Shown: positions 42,201 to 57,173 of the stretch, in pieces
Layout: each line of letters begins with the position of its first letter
Numbering within the stretch: the first letter of the stretch is position 1
Origin: the human T2T-CHM13v2.0 reference genome, Homo sapiens
NCBI RefSeq assembly: GCF_009914755.1
Contig: NC_060934.1
Length of the DNA stretch: 64,000 nucleotides
Reading direction: 5' to 3' (one strand)
Position numbers and translations under genes: made by a program
The notes under the pieces: model-generated
The model's input: only the letters and a program-made list of their open reading frames with translations
Told to the model about the DNA's origin: nothing
The model's database searches: none

Positions 42201-43539
42201 AGAGGGTTTCATAGATAAACCAGAGAAGCTGTTTTTGACATGAAAGCTAGATTTTTTAAGACAAAGATTGAAGTTGAGATGTTTGTCACTAGAAATTATT
42301 GGGATCCAATCCAATGGTTTTAAACAGGGGGAGAGAAAAAGATGACCATGTTCAGTGAGCAACTGATGTTGAAATACTGAAAACCACATGGTGCAATAAT
42401 TAAAGGAAGGTATACACAGTAAACGCATAGAAAATACGTTAATATATCATTCATTTTTCTGTCCAGGGATAAATAACACTGCAAAAGAAAAAACAGCCAA
42501 CCAATCAAGCAAACACATAAATGTATGCTACTGTTCAATTGAAAAAAATGCACAAGGATTTATCATGGTTTTATCTGTGCTTCATTAGAAAATAAAGCCA
42601 AGGATTTTATACTCCAAATTCTACAGACTTTTTTCATAGTACCAGAAAACCTTAACTTTACAGACATAATAACTTTAAAAGAGTTGGAAATTAAGAATAA
42701 ACATACATAATAATATATCTGGGCAATAATTTATTTCATCCTACTTGCCTAGCATCCTCAACGTAGTTTGGCATACATTAAGGTCCTATAGAAATTTATC
42801 AAATTAATACTAAATTAGCAGAGTACTATGAATTGCTTTCTACCTTTGTAACACCAGATGTATATATTTATGTGTTCAATATAATATTAATCTTAGTGTT
42901 TGTGAAAACATTAATTTGCCAAAGAGAGTTGTTTATATTAGAAAACCGTGTAATCTACATTTATAAAATCAGTGTATTTCTAAACAAGTGACTTTAAATT
43001 TTGATAGAAAGCGATTTTTATTTTTATTATATCATAGTTCATGAGATAAATTTATTAATAGACTATATTTTTAAAAGTTTTTCTGAACTGACAAATTCTG
43101 CATGTATTATAATGGGGTTAGGAATGGTTTCTCAAGTCAAGAATACCACCAAAGTAAGGAAAATTTCACATCAACATAGGTGAACAGGTGGCAAGTCTTC
43201 CAAAATTTGAAGAATTCTTTCAAGAAAGGATCAGCAAGTATGTAATTAGAGTCAACATGTTCTGTTTAGCTGACATTAATGGTTAGCTCTCACTCTGGAG
43301 AGCAAGATCTTATTGAAATTTCATGAAATTTTAGCAGAATATATAAAGGAAAATAGAAAAAGAGACAATCAAAAAGAATAAAAGTACAGACATAAACACA
43401 GTAATTTGAATGTGAAGCTCAAAAACTAACTCCAGTTTTTATACCTAGTGTTCTAGAATGGATTCAAAATAACAATATACATAACAATGTACATAAAAAC
43501 CTGATGCCAGTACTAAGGATGATTTTATTTTCTAAAGAT

Positions 43540-44045
43540 TGCCACAATAACATTTTCTTTTCCATATGCTCTTCTTATAATGTGACTTGGACACCCCTCA
43601 TATAGGGAGGTGGAGTATGTTTCTACCCCTTGAAACTGGCAGAGATTTGACTACAACAGAACTGACCCTTTAAATTCCATAGCTAATTTATGAAAATTTC
43701 TGCCTAATTCTCTTGGGAAGCTTGTTGTGACAACCCACTGTCTTGCTGTGAGGAAGCCCCAACAGCCTATAAGAGGCTTCAGTGGGGTGAAAATGAAGCC
43801 TCAGTCTTCAACCCTGGATGAGCACCAGCCAACAGCCAAAATCAACTTGGTAGCCATCTAAGTTAATCATTATGAAAGTGGCACCCAGCCCTCAGTTAAA
43901 GTGCCACAGCTGATGCTGCATGGAGCAAAGATAAGATGTTTTCTCAAGTCTTGCTAAAATTGCAGCTTAGTGAGCAAATTAAATGATTGTAGTTTGAGCC
44001 CACTAAGTTTTGGTGGCCTGTTATACAGTGACTGATAATCTGACC
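43540..44045 (+). mobile_element. MLT1 (G/H-type) MaLR solo LTR
   Basis: ttgctgtgaggaagcccc...ccagccaacagcc...gagcccactaagttttggtggcctgttatacag...gataatctgacca. Confidence 0.8.
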
Positions 44046-45287
44046 AAGTGCCTAGGCTTACAAGTAAATATATCTATATTTTTGTACATGAAATAAAAAA
44101 ATAAATATTTGCCATAATTACTTAAATGTATAAATCTTAAATTCTCATTTTTTCAAAGTATGTTAAGGAATGGCTCAATCTGTTAAAAATGATAAAAGGA
44201 TCAAGATTGATCATTCCAGAATTTCTTCCATAATATTTAATTCAAAAAGCAAGGTTTTAAAAGAAAATAAAAGAGTAATTGTTCAAAAAAATATTTATTG
44301 ATCTTCAGTTAAAGACCTCCATTTTTTACTGGCAAGAATCCACTATCCTCAGGATCTTTCATGCTCTTTGCCCAAACACTACTTTACAAAGGATTCAGAG
44401 CATAAAAAATTTCCTGACTTATTTCTTCACCATTAGTTCATTATTCTCCTTATGTTAGGATATGCAATATTTAATATTGGATTGGGTTTGTCATCTGAAG
44501 ACTGAATAAGTTTTATCCTTGGACTAGTTCTACTTTGAGTACTGATACTCAAAATATGAATATTATAGTGCAACAAGGGAGATAGTGAGTCATTCTGACC
44601 AAAAATTTGCCCATACTCTCTGAAAATACTTTTGGATATAAATATTTTTCAACAACTATGTCCACCTACAGAGTGAATCTCCAACTTAACCCAGGCTGCC
44701 AGAGCCAGAAAAAACCTGCTATCAATTTTTGCATGTAGAGCTAGGACTCAAATGTATCTTAATTTTATTTACTCTTCCTAAATTGTATCTATATACTTAA
44801 ACTGTCTACCAAAAACGTTTTTGTGTATATTCAACACATGGCAACCAGTTAATATTTGTGCAGAGCTTAGCATAGTTCATTACGAACAGAACATTCTATA
44901 CAACCTCTAGACATTATGATCACTTACGTTATTACCCCAAATTGAAAGTATAATCTGGTCTCTAGCATTAAACTGCATAGGAATGAGAGAGATGCTCAGT
45001 CTGTAATCTGGAGAGGAAAGGAAGGTCAATGATTCTTTATAAAATTAAGTTTGTACACTCTGCTTTTCAAGCAGCAGTCTCTATCTTCCTTTACTTTCCT
45101 CAATGAACTAACTACTAGTAAACAGTCATCAGACTGACTCATTGAATTGGATTATTGCGGTTTCAATGTATACCTTCTCTTGGGGTCCCACTGGTACACT
45201 AGCTGAATCTATTAACTCGGAAACATAAATTAATACTAAAAATATATTTTTCTTTTTCCTTTTTTATATTTAAAAGGATTTTAATTG

Positions 45288-45293
<6 letters not shown>

Positions 45294-45318
<25 letters not shown>
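45294..45318. repeat. (CA)n microsatellite
   Basis: Perfect CA run. Confidence 0.95.
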
Positions 45319-45453
45319 GCAATACAGAGTGCCAAATTTGTATGGGGATGATTGAAAAAGATTATTATCAAGTATTAAATATTTGTTTCAGCATATTTGT
45401 TTTTTCACTGTTGTCTTTCCGAATAGAAATTTTCGAATGAAACAAAAATGCAC

Positions 45454-45663
45454 ATTTTAATACCAGCCCAATATACTTGATCCTTACATGTTTAAATTTC
45501 ATGTGCAAAAAATGATTAGTCATAGAGCAAACCCACCCTCTTGTAGAAATTTTAAAAGATTTTAATGCCAGCGTAATATACTTGAACCTTACATGTTTAA
45601 ATTTCATGCACAAACAATGATTAGTCATGGAGCAAACCCACCCTCTTGTAGATATTTTAAAAG
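45454..45663. repeat. 105-bp tandem duplication (two copies, about 9 mismatches)
   Basis: attttaataccagc...gtagaaattttaaaag repeated head-to-tail at 45454 and 45559. Confidence 0.95.
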
Positions 45664-45680
45664 ATAAATAAAAATGAAAC

Positions 45681-46996
45681 TTTTTTTAAAAAAGAGTTAT
45701 ATTTTAGGTTCAGGGGTCCATATGCAGGTTTGTTACATAGGTGAAGTCGTGTCATGGGAGGTTGTTGTATAGATTATTGCGTCACCCAGTTAGTAAGCCC
45801 AGTACCCAATAGTCATCTTTTCTGCTCCTCTGTCTCCTCCTACCTTCCAACCTCAAATAGACTTCAGGGTCTGTTGTTCTCTTCCTTCTGTTCATGAGTT
45901 CTCATCATTTAGCTCCCACTTATATGTGAGAATATGCGGTATTTGGTTTTCTGTTCCTGTGTTAGTTTGCTAAGGAAATTAGCCTCCCACTCCATCTATG
46001 TTCCTGCAAAAGACATGACCTCATTATTTTTTATAGCTGTATAGTATTCCATGTGGTATATGTACATCATTTTCTTTATCCAATCTGTCATTCATGGGCA
46101 TTTAGATTGACTCCATGTCTTTGCTATTGTGAATAGTGCTGCCATGAACATTCATGTGCATGTGTCTTTATGGCAGAATGATTTATATTCCTCTGGGTAT
46201 ATTCCCAGTAATAGGACTGCTGGATCAAATGGGAGTTCTTCTTTTAGCTCTTTGAGAAATTGCCACATGGCTTTCCACATGGTTGAACTAATTTATACTC
46301 CCACCAACAGTGTATAAGTGTTCCCTTTTCTCTGCAACCTTGCCAGCATCTGTTATTTTTTGACTTTTTAATAATAGTCATTTTGACTGACTGTGCAATG
46401 GTTTCTCATTGTGGTTTTGATTTGCATTTCTCTAACGATTAGTGACATTTAACTGTTTTTCATTTTTTTATTGGCCACATGTATGTATTCTTTTGAAAAG
46501 TGTTCATGTCCAAAAGAAAACACTTTTTGATGTTTTTAATTCTTGTAATTTTAAATTCCTCATAGATGCTGGATATTAGACCTCTGTCAGATGCATAGTT
46601 TGCAAATATTTTCTCCCGTTCTGTAGGTGGTCTGTTCACTCTGTTGATAGTTTATTAAGCTGTGCAGAAGCTCTTAAGTTTAATTAGATCCCATTTGTCA
46701 ATGTTTGCTTTTGTTGCAATTGCTGTTGGTTCTTTGTTACGAAATCTTTGCCTGTGCCTTTGTCCTGAATGGTATTGCCTAGGTGGTCCTCCAGGGTTTT
46801 TCTAGTTTGGAGTTTTACATTTAAGTCTTTAATCCATCTTGAGTTGATTTTTGGTTATGGTATAAGGAGGGGGTCCAGCTTCAATCTTCATATGGCTAGC
46901 CAGTTCTCCCAGCACCATTTACTGAATAGGAAGTCTTTTTGCCACTACTTTTGTCAGCTTTGTCGAAGGGCAGATGGCAGTAGGTGTGCAGCCTTA
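45681..46996 (-). mobile_element. LINE-1 3' 1.3-kb fragment (old primate L1PA13-16-like), sense to PCDH15
   Basis: Reverse L1 3'UTR (ttcaggggtccatatgcaggtttgttacatag) and ORF2 C-terminal region. Confidence 0.92.
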
Positions 46997-47664
46997 TAAA
47001 AATTATGCTTGTCATCATTACTTTTACCAGTCCTTTCAAGTAAAATTTTTATGTTCACCATCTTTAATAGTTTGTGTGTTTTGTTTGTTTGTTTTTGTTT
47101 TTGTTTTTTGGGTTTTGTTTTTTTTTTGGCTGGGATTCAACAAAATAACATAATGGCATATAACTTTAGGTATTCTACATCTATTTTGTCCAGTCAAGTT
47201 CTGATTAGCTTTTTTGCCTGCAAAAATACTTCATTTGGCTGAAAACATATTTTTATCCAATGCACATAACTATTTATTTTTCTCTCCAGCTGTTTTTTTT
47301 ATTCATGCAAGTTAACTGGACCAGTGATCATTGCTGTGAGTAGACTCAAAAGTGATTCTCAGCTATTTTAGATCTGCTGTGCGAAAAACCAATAGATGTA
47401 TTAATATTATAACATTGGATAAGCTCTCTGGCTTTACATTTAGGAGGCATTCCTGTTCTATTCCTCAAAATCTCAAATAGAGGACCCTCAGAACTTCAGT
47501 TCTCATGTATTTTGAGGAAAAAAAGTCAAGTAGCTTCCAACAAATTCTAACACTTTGAGCCATTTTGGGAACCCAGAGAGCTGATTGCTTTCCAGGGAAA
47601 TAGCAAAAATACTGGTTAAATGGTTAAATCCTAGACCACGGAATTTTTAAAAACAGAATATGTG

Positions 47665-47666
<2 letters not shown>

Positions 47667-47698
<32 letters not shown>
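47667..47698. repeat. (CA)n microsatellite
   Basis: Perfect CA run about 0.7 kb from the exon donor. Confidence 0.95.
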
Positions 47699-47702
<4 letters not shown>

Positions 47703-48312
47703 ACACCTTTTAGGGGAGAAATTGATATTTTTGCCTCAGCAGGATATCCATTTGCCTTAAAATTCTTATTCTTAGGTATGTACATCAATCATCTGGGGAG
47801 GTCCAAGCTGTGAAATCCAAACTGACAGAAATTTATAGCTCCATTAGCATTTATCAAAAATACAGGATTAAGTGTAGAAAATATGTATTCATGCTTCACC
47901 TTTCTATATCTTTACTTTAAGAGGTAAGTATTTGTATTCAGTATCTGTTAGCTCCTACCTTCAAACAGCCAAACATAATCTGCAATAACATTTCAGAATT
48001 CTACTGGGCCAAAAATGTATCCTATTGACCTGGGTGTCCTCTGACTTACGACTGCATGTTTAAATATGAATTTAAGAAAATGCTGCACTGATTATTTGGA
48101 GTTTTTCAGAATGGCTAGTGAACTCCTTGGTGATTTATTGGTAAAAAAATAAAATAAAATAACCATGTTGGACTGTTGTTTCATAACATACTTTCTATTT
48201 GGAAATTATATAATTACTCTTTGTGTTAAAAATGTATTCATACTCCCTGAAAATAGTTTCGGACATAAATATTTTTCAATGTGCATATACTGAGTTTTGC
48301 TATTATAAATTA

Positions 48313-48917
<605 letters not shown>

Positions 48918-49089
48918 TTAGGCACAATGTAGACTTAGTTTTCATTGAAAAAAAAAAGATTGGTAAATTAACTTGCTTAAACCAACAGTTTTAAGTGGTT
49001 GAGTCAGGATGTAAACTGAGATCCAATTGTCTTCAAAGCAACTTTCTTGAAAGTATGTTACAGTAGTTAAGCTTTTGCATGTTAGGCCT

Positions 49090-49615
49090 TTACCTAACAT
49101 TTCACATTACTAGACAGCCTAACCATAAAGGTCACTCTCATCTCATTAGAGCATTTACTTTAGAAACCTTGTAATTGTAAATTCCTTCTCTGCGCCTCTG
49201 AGGTGTTAATCTTTTATAAGCTGCTTGTCAGTTCTACAAACCAGGCCCATCTTTTTCATGCCCTGGGGGGCCATCTCTTTGAAATGTAATAGTCAAGGAA
49301 GAAGCCCGTATTTCCCAGTTTCTGTGGGAGGGTAGGAGCCTGACTTCCTTTGGAGGCTTGCTCCAATTTCTAAAACTACTTTCTGTCATGAAAATTCAAG
49401 GAAATTTATTTTCCTTTGGGAATGCCAATTAGTAAACACATCTGGTCTGTGATTCCCCCACACCCAAGTCCACTGGAGTGTTTAACAGCTCTCCAGCCAT
49501 TTTTTCTATTAGAGATCAGTTCAGATCTAGTCTGTATTCTGGTCTCTCTTCTCTATTGCAATAGCTGTGAATACAGTCTTCCTTATCATTTAACTTTGTC
49601 TAGTGCAATTTTGCT
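49090..49615 (+). mobile_element. MER34-like ERV1 solo LTR
   Basis: ccatctctttgaaatgtaat...cccagtttctgtgggagggtaggagcct...ctattgcaatag resembles recalled MER34. Confidence 0.7.
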
Positions 49616-49619
49616 GTAG

Positions 49620-50100
49620 GAATACATTGTTACTAACTAAAACCCAAAGTTTCTTTAGATTTCCCTAGTTTTTACTTAATGTCAGTTTTCTGTTTCAGGA
49701 TCCCAATCAGGATACCAGTTTGCATTTAGTCATAATGGTTCCTTAGGCTCATTTTGGCTGTGACAAGTTCTCAGACTTTTGTTTTTGATGACATTGACAA
49801 TTTTGAGCACTGGATATTTTGCAGAATGTCCCTTAATGGGTGTTTATCTGGTGTTTTCCTCAAGATTCAACTGCGGTTATGTGATGTATGTAGGAAAACC
49901 ACAAGTCAACTGCTATTTTGACATATTTATCAAAAGTATATGATTAATATGACTTATCACTGTTGTTAACTTCATCACCTGGCTGAGGCTGTATCTAGTC
50001 AGTTTTCTCAACTATAAATTTCCTCTTTCTTGTTTCCCTTTCATTTCTTTGGAAGGAAATCATGATGGACAGCACACACTTAAAGAATGGGTAGTAATTT
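49620..50100 (-). mobile_element. L1MC-type 3' end fragment
   Basis: ttctgtttcaggatcccaatcaggatacca...tgcatttagtcat...ttttgcagaatgtccct. Confidence 0.8.
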
Positions 50101-50339
50101 TATTAGAAATGTAAATTGTTTATATTTATCTGAAGAATGTTTGTCATAGGACAGAAGAAAATAATATTGGACCTAAGTCATTTCCATGAAGAACATCCAT
50201 TGTCAAGGGTGGTGGTGGTAGCATCATTCATTATGACAGAATCTGGAAATGTTTTTACTTTCACAGCATTTAGTTATTATTTTGAAGAACTATTATGCTT
50301 TTCTGCCTTTTTGAATTCTATTTTGTACAACATTGACAA

Positions 50340-50810
50340 GTATACTTGCATGCATGTTCATGTAGCACTATTCACAACAGACAAAACTTGGCAAAAGCCC
50401 ACATATTTATCAATGAATAAATGGATAAACAGATTGTGGTATGTACACACAATAGCATATGATTCAAGCATAAAAAGAAATGAAGTACTGATATATACAA
50501 CAACATGAATGAGCCTTGAAAACATCATGTTTTCAAATAAAGAAGCCAGACAAAAAATAAGGTCACATATTATACGATCCATTTATATGCAATATCTGGC
50601 AGCAGTAAACATATTGGTGGCTACAAGGAGCTGGGGAGGGGATATGGAAAGCAACTGCATGAGTGGTGCCAGCTCTTTTTGGAGTGATTAAAATGTTTGG
50701 GAACTGGATAGAGGCGGTGGTTGCACAATACTGTGAGTGTACCAAATGCCATTGAATTGTTCACTTTAAAATGGCTAATCTTATTTTGCTAATTTATGTT
50801 AAATAATTTT
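50340..50810 (+). mobile_element. L1MB-type 3' end fragment
   Basis: atgttcatgtagcactattcacaa...ggtggttgcacaatactgtgagtgtaccaaatgccattgaattgttcactttaaaatgg. Confidence 0.85.
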
Positions 50811-52304
50811 TAAAAGTAATTATACTAACAGACCTGTATTTTATTTTTTTTGTTCATAAAATGTCTTCCTTTGTGACAGTTCCCAGACATTAATATTTGC
50901 CTTCCAATTAAAAAAAAAGTCCCTCTTGTTAAGCATGGTTAATAGTACATTTTGGTTAAGCTCATTCCCAGTCTGGTTGCTCATAAAAACTTGTAAAGCA
51001 ATGCTTGAGGGTAAAGTTTTAGGAAACACGAATTTCTGTTGGTGGAATTTTGTCAGTACAACCTTGTCTAGAATGTAATAACTCTGTGGTTCCAGGATTC
51101 TTTGATATTTTTATACAGTATAAGACAGACTGTGATAAAATTATAGCTTAAAAAAACACAAAATGTTTAAATTTTCAAAGTTTCGGAACTCACTCAGATC
51201 CCTAGAGGCACTATAAAGATTATTCAAACCTAAAGACATTTGAGATTCAACAAACAGAAAGAAGTCTTTTCTGAACTTCTTTTATGTCACTAAAAGCAGA
51301 TACTTATGAGAGTGAGGCTGCCATGAATTCCCTCTGCCAAGAAAGTTTATGAAAATGAAGAAAAAACAAGGAAATCTATTCTTACCTACATAAACATGAT
51401 CACAAGCTATTTTAATCTCCCCTTTGACTCCTAGAAACCTAGTTTTTCTTCCCTTAGAAGCCTTCTCCCTCTCATTGTGTTAAATATATACACCTTCTTA
51501 TTTAGCTGTTTAAGGAGCTGTGTATATGCACTCCCATATGTATATCAACCTCTAGGCCAGTTGAAAAGTAGAGTAGGAGCAACATGTGGCATGTGAGATA
51601 CTTTTGGTGGTTCACAAATTAACTTTATAAATTATTCTTAAGATGTATGAATTTTGAACATGTAGAAAAATATTAATTTAAAATAAACGTATGTGTATAT
51701 TTTAAATTAAAAAAAATAGCTCATCAAACTTGCCACTTTTTTAATACTGATCTTTTATTTAATTGGGTTATAGCTATGTCTATAATATATGAATTAATAG
51801 ACAAATGATGTAATGATTTGTTCAGTCAGCATATCCTGAGTAGCTTCCAAGGGGCAGATTCCAATACACTGCTTCTGACGGTCTTAAAAAAATGATGAGG
51901 ACATGTTTCCTCATCCCATTATTAAGAGAGTCATTTAGTACTGAAAATTACTAATGTTAAGATAATGTGACCTCATAAAGATTAGTAGGTTATATTTTCA
52001 CATATATTTCCCTTTGTGTTGCATCATCCAGTGTTTTAAATCATTAAGTAATCTCATCTTCCATATTTCTAAAGTTATATTAAAGTTTAAGAACTAAAAC
52101 AAATCTTTAAATTTCTAAATATATATATATAAACTGGAAGCTTCTTTAATAGGGGTGGTAAACTTTTGTTACATTTATTAATGATTTTACATTTGACATT
52201 TTTTCTCAATAACATAAATAAGTTAATAAAATGACATATTTAATATGTATTTGTAAATTTACTTGTGGCATTGGAGTTAATATTTGAAAATTTTTTTATT
52301 TATA

Positions 52305-52447
52305 AAATATTTATTTATTTATTTATTTATTTATTTTAGAAATGAGAATCTCACTACATTGCCTATACTGACTTCAAAATCCTGGGCTCAAGTAATCCTC
52401 CCACCTCAGCCTTCTGAGTAGCTAGGACTATAGGTATGTGCCTGGCT
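52305..52447 (-). mobile_element. Alu monomer (FLAM/AluJ-like) with (ATTT)n tail
   Basis: cctgggctcaagtaatcctcccacctcagcc. Confidence 0.85.
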
Positions 52448-53639
52448 TTAACCCACCATTTAAAATAATGATTGCTTATGAAGTTTTAAAAGACTGAATT
52501 AATCTAAATTTAATTTATAAAAATAGTAAATAGATAATAAATATTAAATATTTATAATATTTTATGTGATACATGAATGTAGCATGCAGATATAAACACA
52601 CATATATATGCATATATACACATACATGCATATAAATGCCAGAGGCAATATTTCTACCCTTCCATGTCACTCAGCCTTCTTTATATGTAATCATCAAATC
52701 ACTATAATAAACAAATTTGAATTTTTTAATGTTATGTTTTCTTTCAGTCTGTCAGCATCAAATCTCTCACTATTATCTGCTTCTTTGGGTCATTGTCACT
52801 ACTCCATAGAATAGATACTGGTGTGTTAAAGATAGTGTATTTATAGGAAGTGTATACCAAAATACATAATAGGAGTTTTTTCTCATATTGGGGAAAGATA
52901 TTGCTTACAAAGTGTTGAGCTCTAAAATTTGTATTTTTAAGTGGGAAATAAAAATAATCCTGGCAAAACGATTGTGAGCAGAGATGTAGCAACAAAATCT
53001 ACTAACAGTTTCCACACATGGGAATTCTCCCACATTTTATCACCAACACATATCACATAGGAAAATATATAAAAATATGTCTCATGCACACTCATAACTT
53101 GTGAGCCCATAATGGTAATGCTAATTCATGATGTTCTCCCAATTTGGAATCAGATTTGATCTTAAAATATCCATTTAAAAAATAATCCTTCAGCAATTGA
53201 GATAAAAATCAAAACAAAAACAACAAAAACAGAAAAAACAAAACAACCTACACTTTTGATCTTTATAGTAATATACTACTGCTCAAGGCTCTTCTGAGTA
53301 AATGAAATAACATTCTAAATTGTGAGTGGTAAAAAATAAAAAATAACTATTTCTATAAACATTCCATATAATTTAATTATGTTTTCATTTACGTTATGTG
53401 ATAATCTAATATATATTAAAATCCACAAAGAAGATCTCCTTTCTTCCCTTTCCCATTTTCATCTGCATTTCTCTTCTTTTTTTAAAAATAAGAATATATA
53501 TTTAACTTCAATTATTTAAAAATAACAGGATATTACATTAAGTTAGGAAACTGTGATTCTAGTTGGCAAGCAAGAATATCTTTTAAAAAGTTAAACAAGT
53601 TCAACCACTACTCTGAACAGAATTGTGTCTCCTCAACCT

Positions 53640-54968
53640 CAAGCTAGAAAATCTAGAGTAAACTGATATGTTTCTGGAAACACATAATGTTCCAAGATCG
53701 AATCAGGAAACTATTGAAACCCTGAACAGATGAATATTAAGCTGTGATATTAAATTAGTAATAAGAAACTTACCAACCAAAAAAAGCACTGGACCAGATA
53801 GACACACAGCTGAATTCTACCAGACATACAAAAATTGACTCAAGATGAATTAAAGATTTAAATGTAATACCTCAAGCTATAAAAATCCTAGAGGAAAACC
53901 TATTAAAACTCTTCTTGACATTGGCTTTAGCAAGGATTTCCTAATGATGATATCCTGAAAAGCAATTGCAACAAAAACAAAAACTGACAAGTAGCACCTA
54001 AACTAAAGAGCTTCTGCACACTAAAATAAACTGTCAATACAGTAAACAGAAAATGGAAAGAATGGGAGAAAAGCTATGCAAACTATGCATCTGACAAAGG
54101 TCTAATATTCAGAATCTATAAGGAACTTAAACAATTTAAGAAGCAAAAGACAAACAATCCCATTAAAATAGGGGCAAGGGACATGAACAGACACTTCTCA
54201 AAATAAGACATACATGCAGCCAACAAATATATGAAAACATGCTCATCAGCATTTATCATCAGGGAAATGCAAATCAAAACCATAATGAGATATCATCTCA
54301 TACCAGTTAGAATGGCTATTATTAAAAAGTCAAAAAATTACATATACTGGTGAGGCTGCAGAGAAAAGGAAATGGTTATATGCTGTTGGTGGGTATGTAA
54401 ATTATTTCAGACACTGTGGAAAGCAGTTTGAAGATTTCTCAAAGAATTTAAAACCAAGCTACCATTCAACCTACCAACCCCATTACTGGGTATATACACA
54501 AAGAAAAATAGTGCATTCTACCAAAAAGACACATGCATGTCTACATTAATTGCCATGCTATTCACAATAGCAAAAAACATGGAATCAACCTAGGTGCCCA
54601 TCAATAGTGGATTGCATAAAGAAAATGTGGTGCATATACACCACGGAATACTACAAAGCCATAGAAAAGAATGAAATCATGTCCTTTGAAGCAACATGGA
54701 TGAAGCTGGAGGCCATAATCCTAAGTGAATTAATGCAGCAACAGAAAACTAAATACTACATAATATCAGTTTTTCAATGGGAGCTAAACACCAAGTGCCC
54801 AGGGAAATAAACCTGGGAACAGTAGACTGTGAACTGCTGGGGCAAGGAGAGAGAATGGATCAAAAAACTACCCATTGAGTACTATGCTGACCACCTGAGT
54901 GCAATACACCCATGCAACAAACCTGCATATGTACTCCCTGTGCTTAAAATAAAAGTTGAGGAAAAAAA
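53640..54968 (+). mobile_element. LINE-1 fragment (old primate L1PA16/L1PB-like) with a large internal deletion
   Basis: Mid-ORF2 sequence (ctagaaaatctagag...gaattctaccagac) joins directly to late ORF2 (atacaaaaattgactcaagatg) and continues to the 3'UTR. Confidence 0.9.
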
Positions 54969-55607
54969 TAATGCTTCTATGAACATTAACCAGAGGAAGT
55001 TGGGTATTCTATTGTCTTGTAAACATTTTTTGTTTGAGATATTTGCCTAATATTTCTTATTTTTTATGCAAACCAGTAGACAGAATTATATCATCATTTA
55101 TAGCCCCAAATGCTCATGTATCTTTAGTAGCCAAACACTCAGTAAATATTAGGTCCCATAAACCATCACCTGCTATCCTCCCATTTCACTCTCACTCCTC
55201 AGAAAATGCCCAAGAAACTTGCAGAGTTAAAACAATGGGGTTACAATTAACACTAATTCCACACATCAGTAGGAAGCAGAAGTGAGGGAAGGTCAGGGTA
55301 GAGGTTATTTCTGAAAAGTTGTTTACAAGGTTGAAATATAAAATATAGAAAATTAATTTTACCTATACAAACACATATGTTTGCAATGCTTGCACATTTT
55401 ATTTGAATATTTCTGTCCATAAAGATAAAAAATTGAGCTAATAAAGAAATAGTAATATTATAATTTTAGGAATTATATCTTGTTAGGAAAGATAGCTAGC
55501 ATCCCTTCTCTAGATTTTGCTATTTGAGAAATATACAACACCCTTGCTATTCATAACATAATTTAGAAATTATAAATTATTCTTGCCATGATTCTAAATT
55601 AAATTTA

Positions 55608-55915
55608 GGCTGGGCGCAGTGGTTCATGCCTGTAATCCCAGAACATTGGAAGGCCAAGGTGGGCTGATCACTTGAAGTTGTTAATGGTTTCAGACCAGCC
55701 TGGCCAGCACAGTGAAACTCCGTTTCTACTAAAAATACAAAAAATTAGCCGGGAGTGGTGGCACATGCCTGTAATACCAACTACTCGGGAGGCTGAGTTA
55801 GGAGAATCATGAACACGAGAGGCGAAGGCTGCAGTGAACCGAGATCACCCCACTGCACTACAGCCTGGGTGACAGAGCAAAACCCCATCTCAAAATAAAT
55901 AAATAAATTATAAAA
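55608..55915 (+). mobile_element. Alu SINE (AluS-type)
   Basis: ggctgggcgcagtggttca... dimer with (AAAT)n tail. Confidence 0.94.
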
Positions 55916-56576
55916 TAAGTAAATATAAACTTTTTTCTTTCTGGTAATTAAGAAATCTTGATTACAAAAGTGTTCTTATATATTTCACTCAGGATAACAA
56001 TAATATAAAAGAGAGTTTGCTTTGAAGAAAAATGATATGTAAAGAGATTACTTCGATTCTATGTGAATTAGGGTAACATATCAAAGTTGAGGTTATAATA
56101 ATATGTAGTAAATTTCAACAAAAAGAAAACCCATTTGATCTTTCATATCTCTAATTTTTTTTCTAGATCTACCCCCAAAATTTTTGTCTGGAATTAATCA
56201 TTCCTTCATTATGTATTTATATTTGAAGTCAATAGCATGGGTGACAATATTGCAAATATTCTCAAAAAAATATGTGACAGGGTTTTCTAATATGGGTCAG
56301 TCAAAACTCAATTACCTTCATTACGGATCATAATATGTAAACATGGATAAAAAGAAACCTCCAAACTACATGTAATTTGAAGGATTCTCTTCGAAAATCA
56401 AATATTTTTAACATAAGCAAAACCAGGTCAAAGCTGGGTAATGTTCAATAATTTGTCATGATACCTGTAATTATTCTTTTAGAGGCCATATACTTTAAAG
56501 TCAAAATTGATTGCTCATATCTTAATTCTCCTTATGACTTCAAGATAATATATTGGTGCTTAATGTACATGACTTA

Positions 56577-57087
<511 letters not shown>

Positions 57088-57173
57088 GATAAATGTAAAA
57101 AAAATGGAGGTACATTTTAGATATATGGATATCATTATCATATACAAACAAAGATATGTTAGACTTATGTTAC

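Noticed and set aside
51000-51540. Possible ERV1 solo LTR
   Set aside because: LTR-like composition, but I could not assign a family or ends with confidence.
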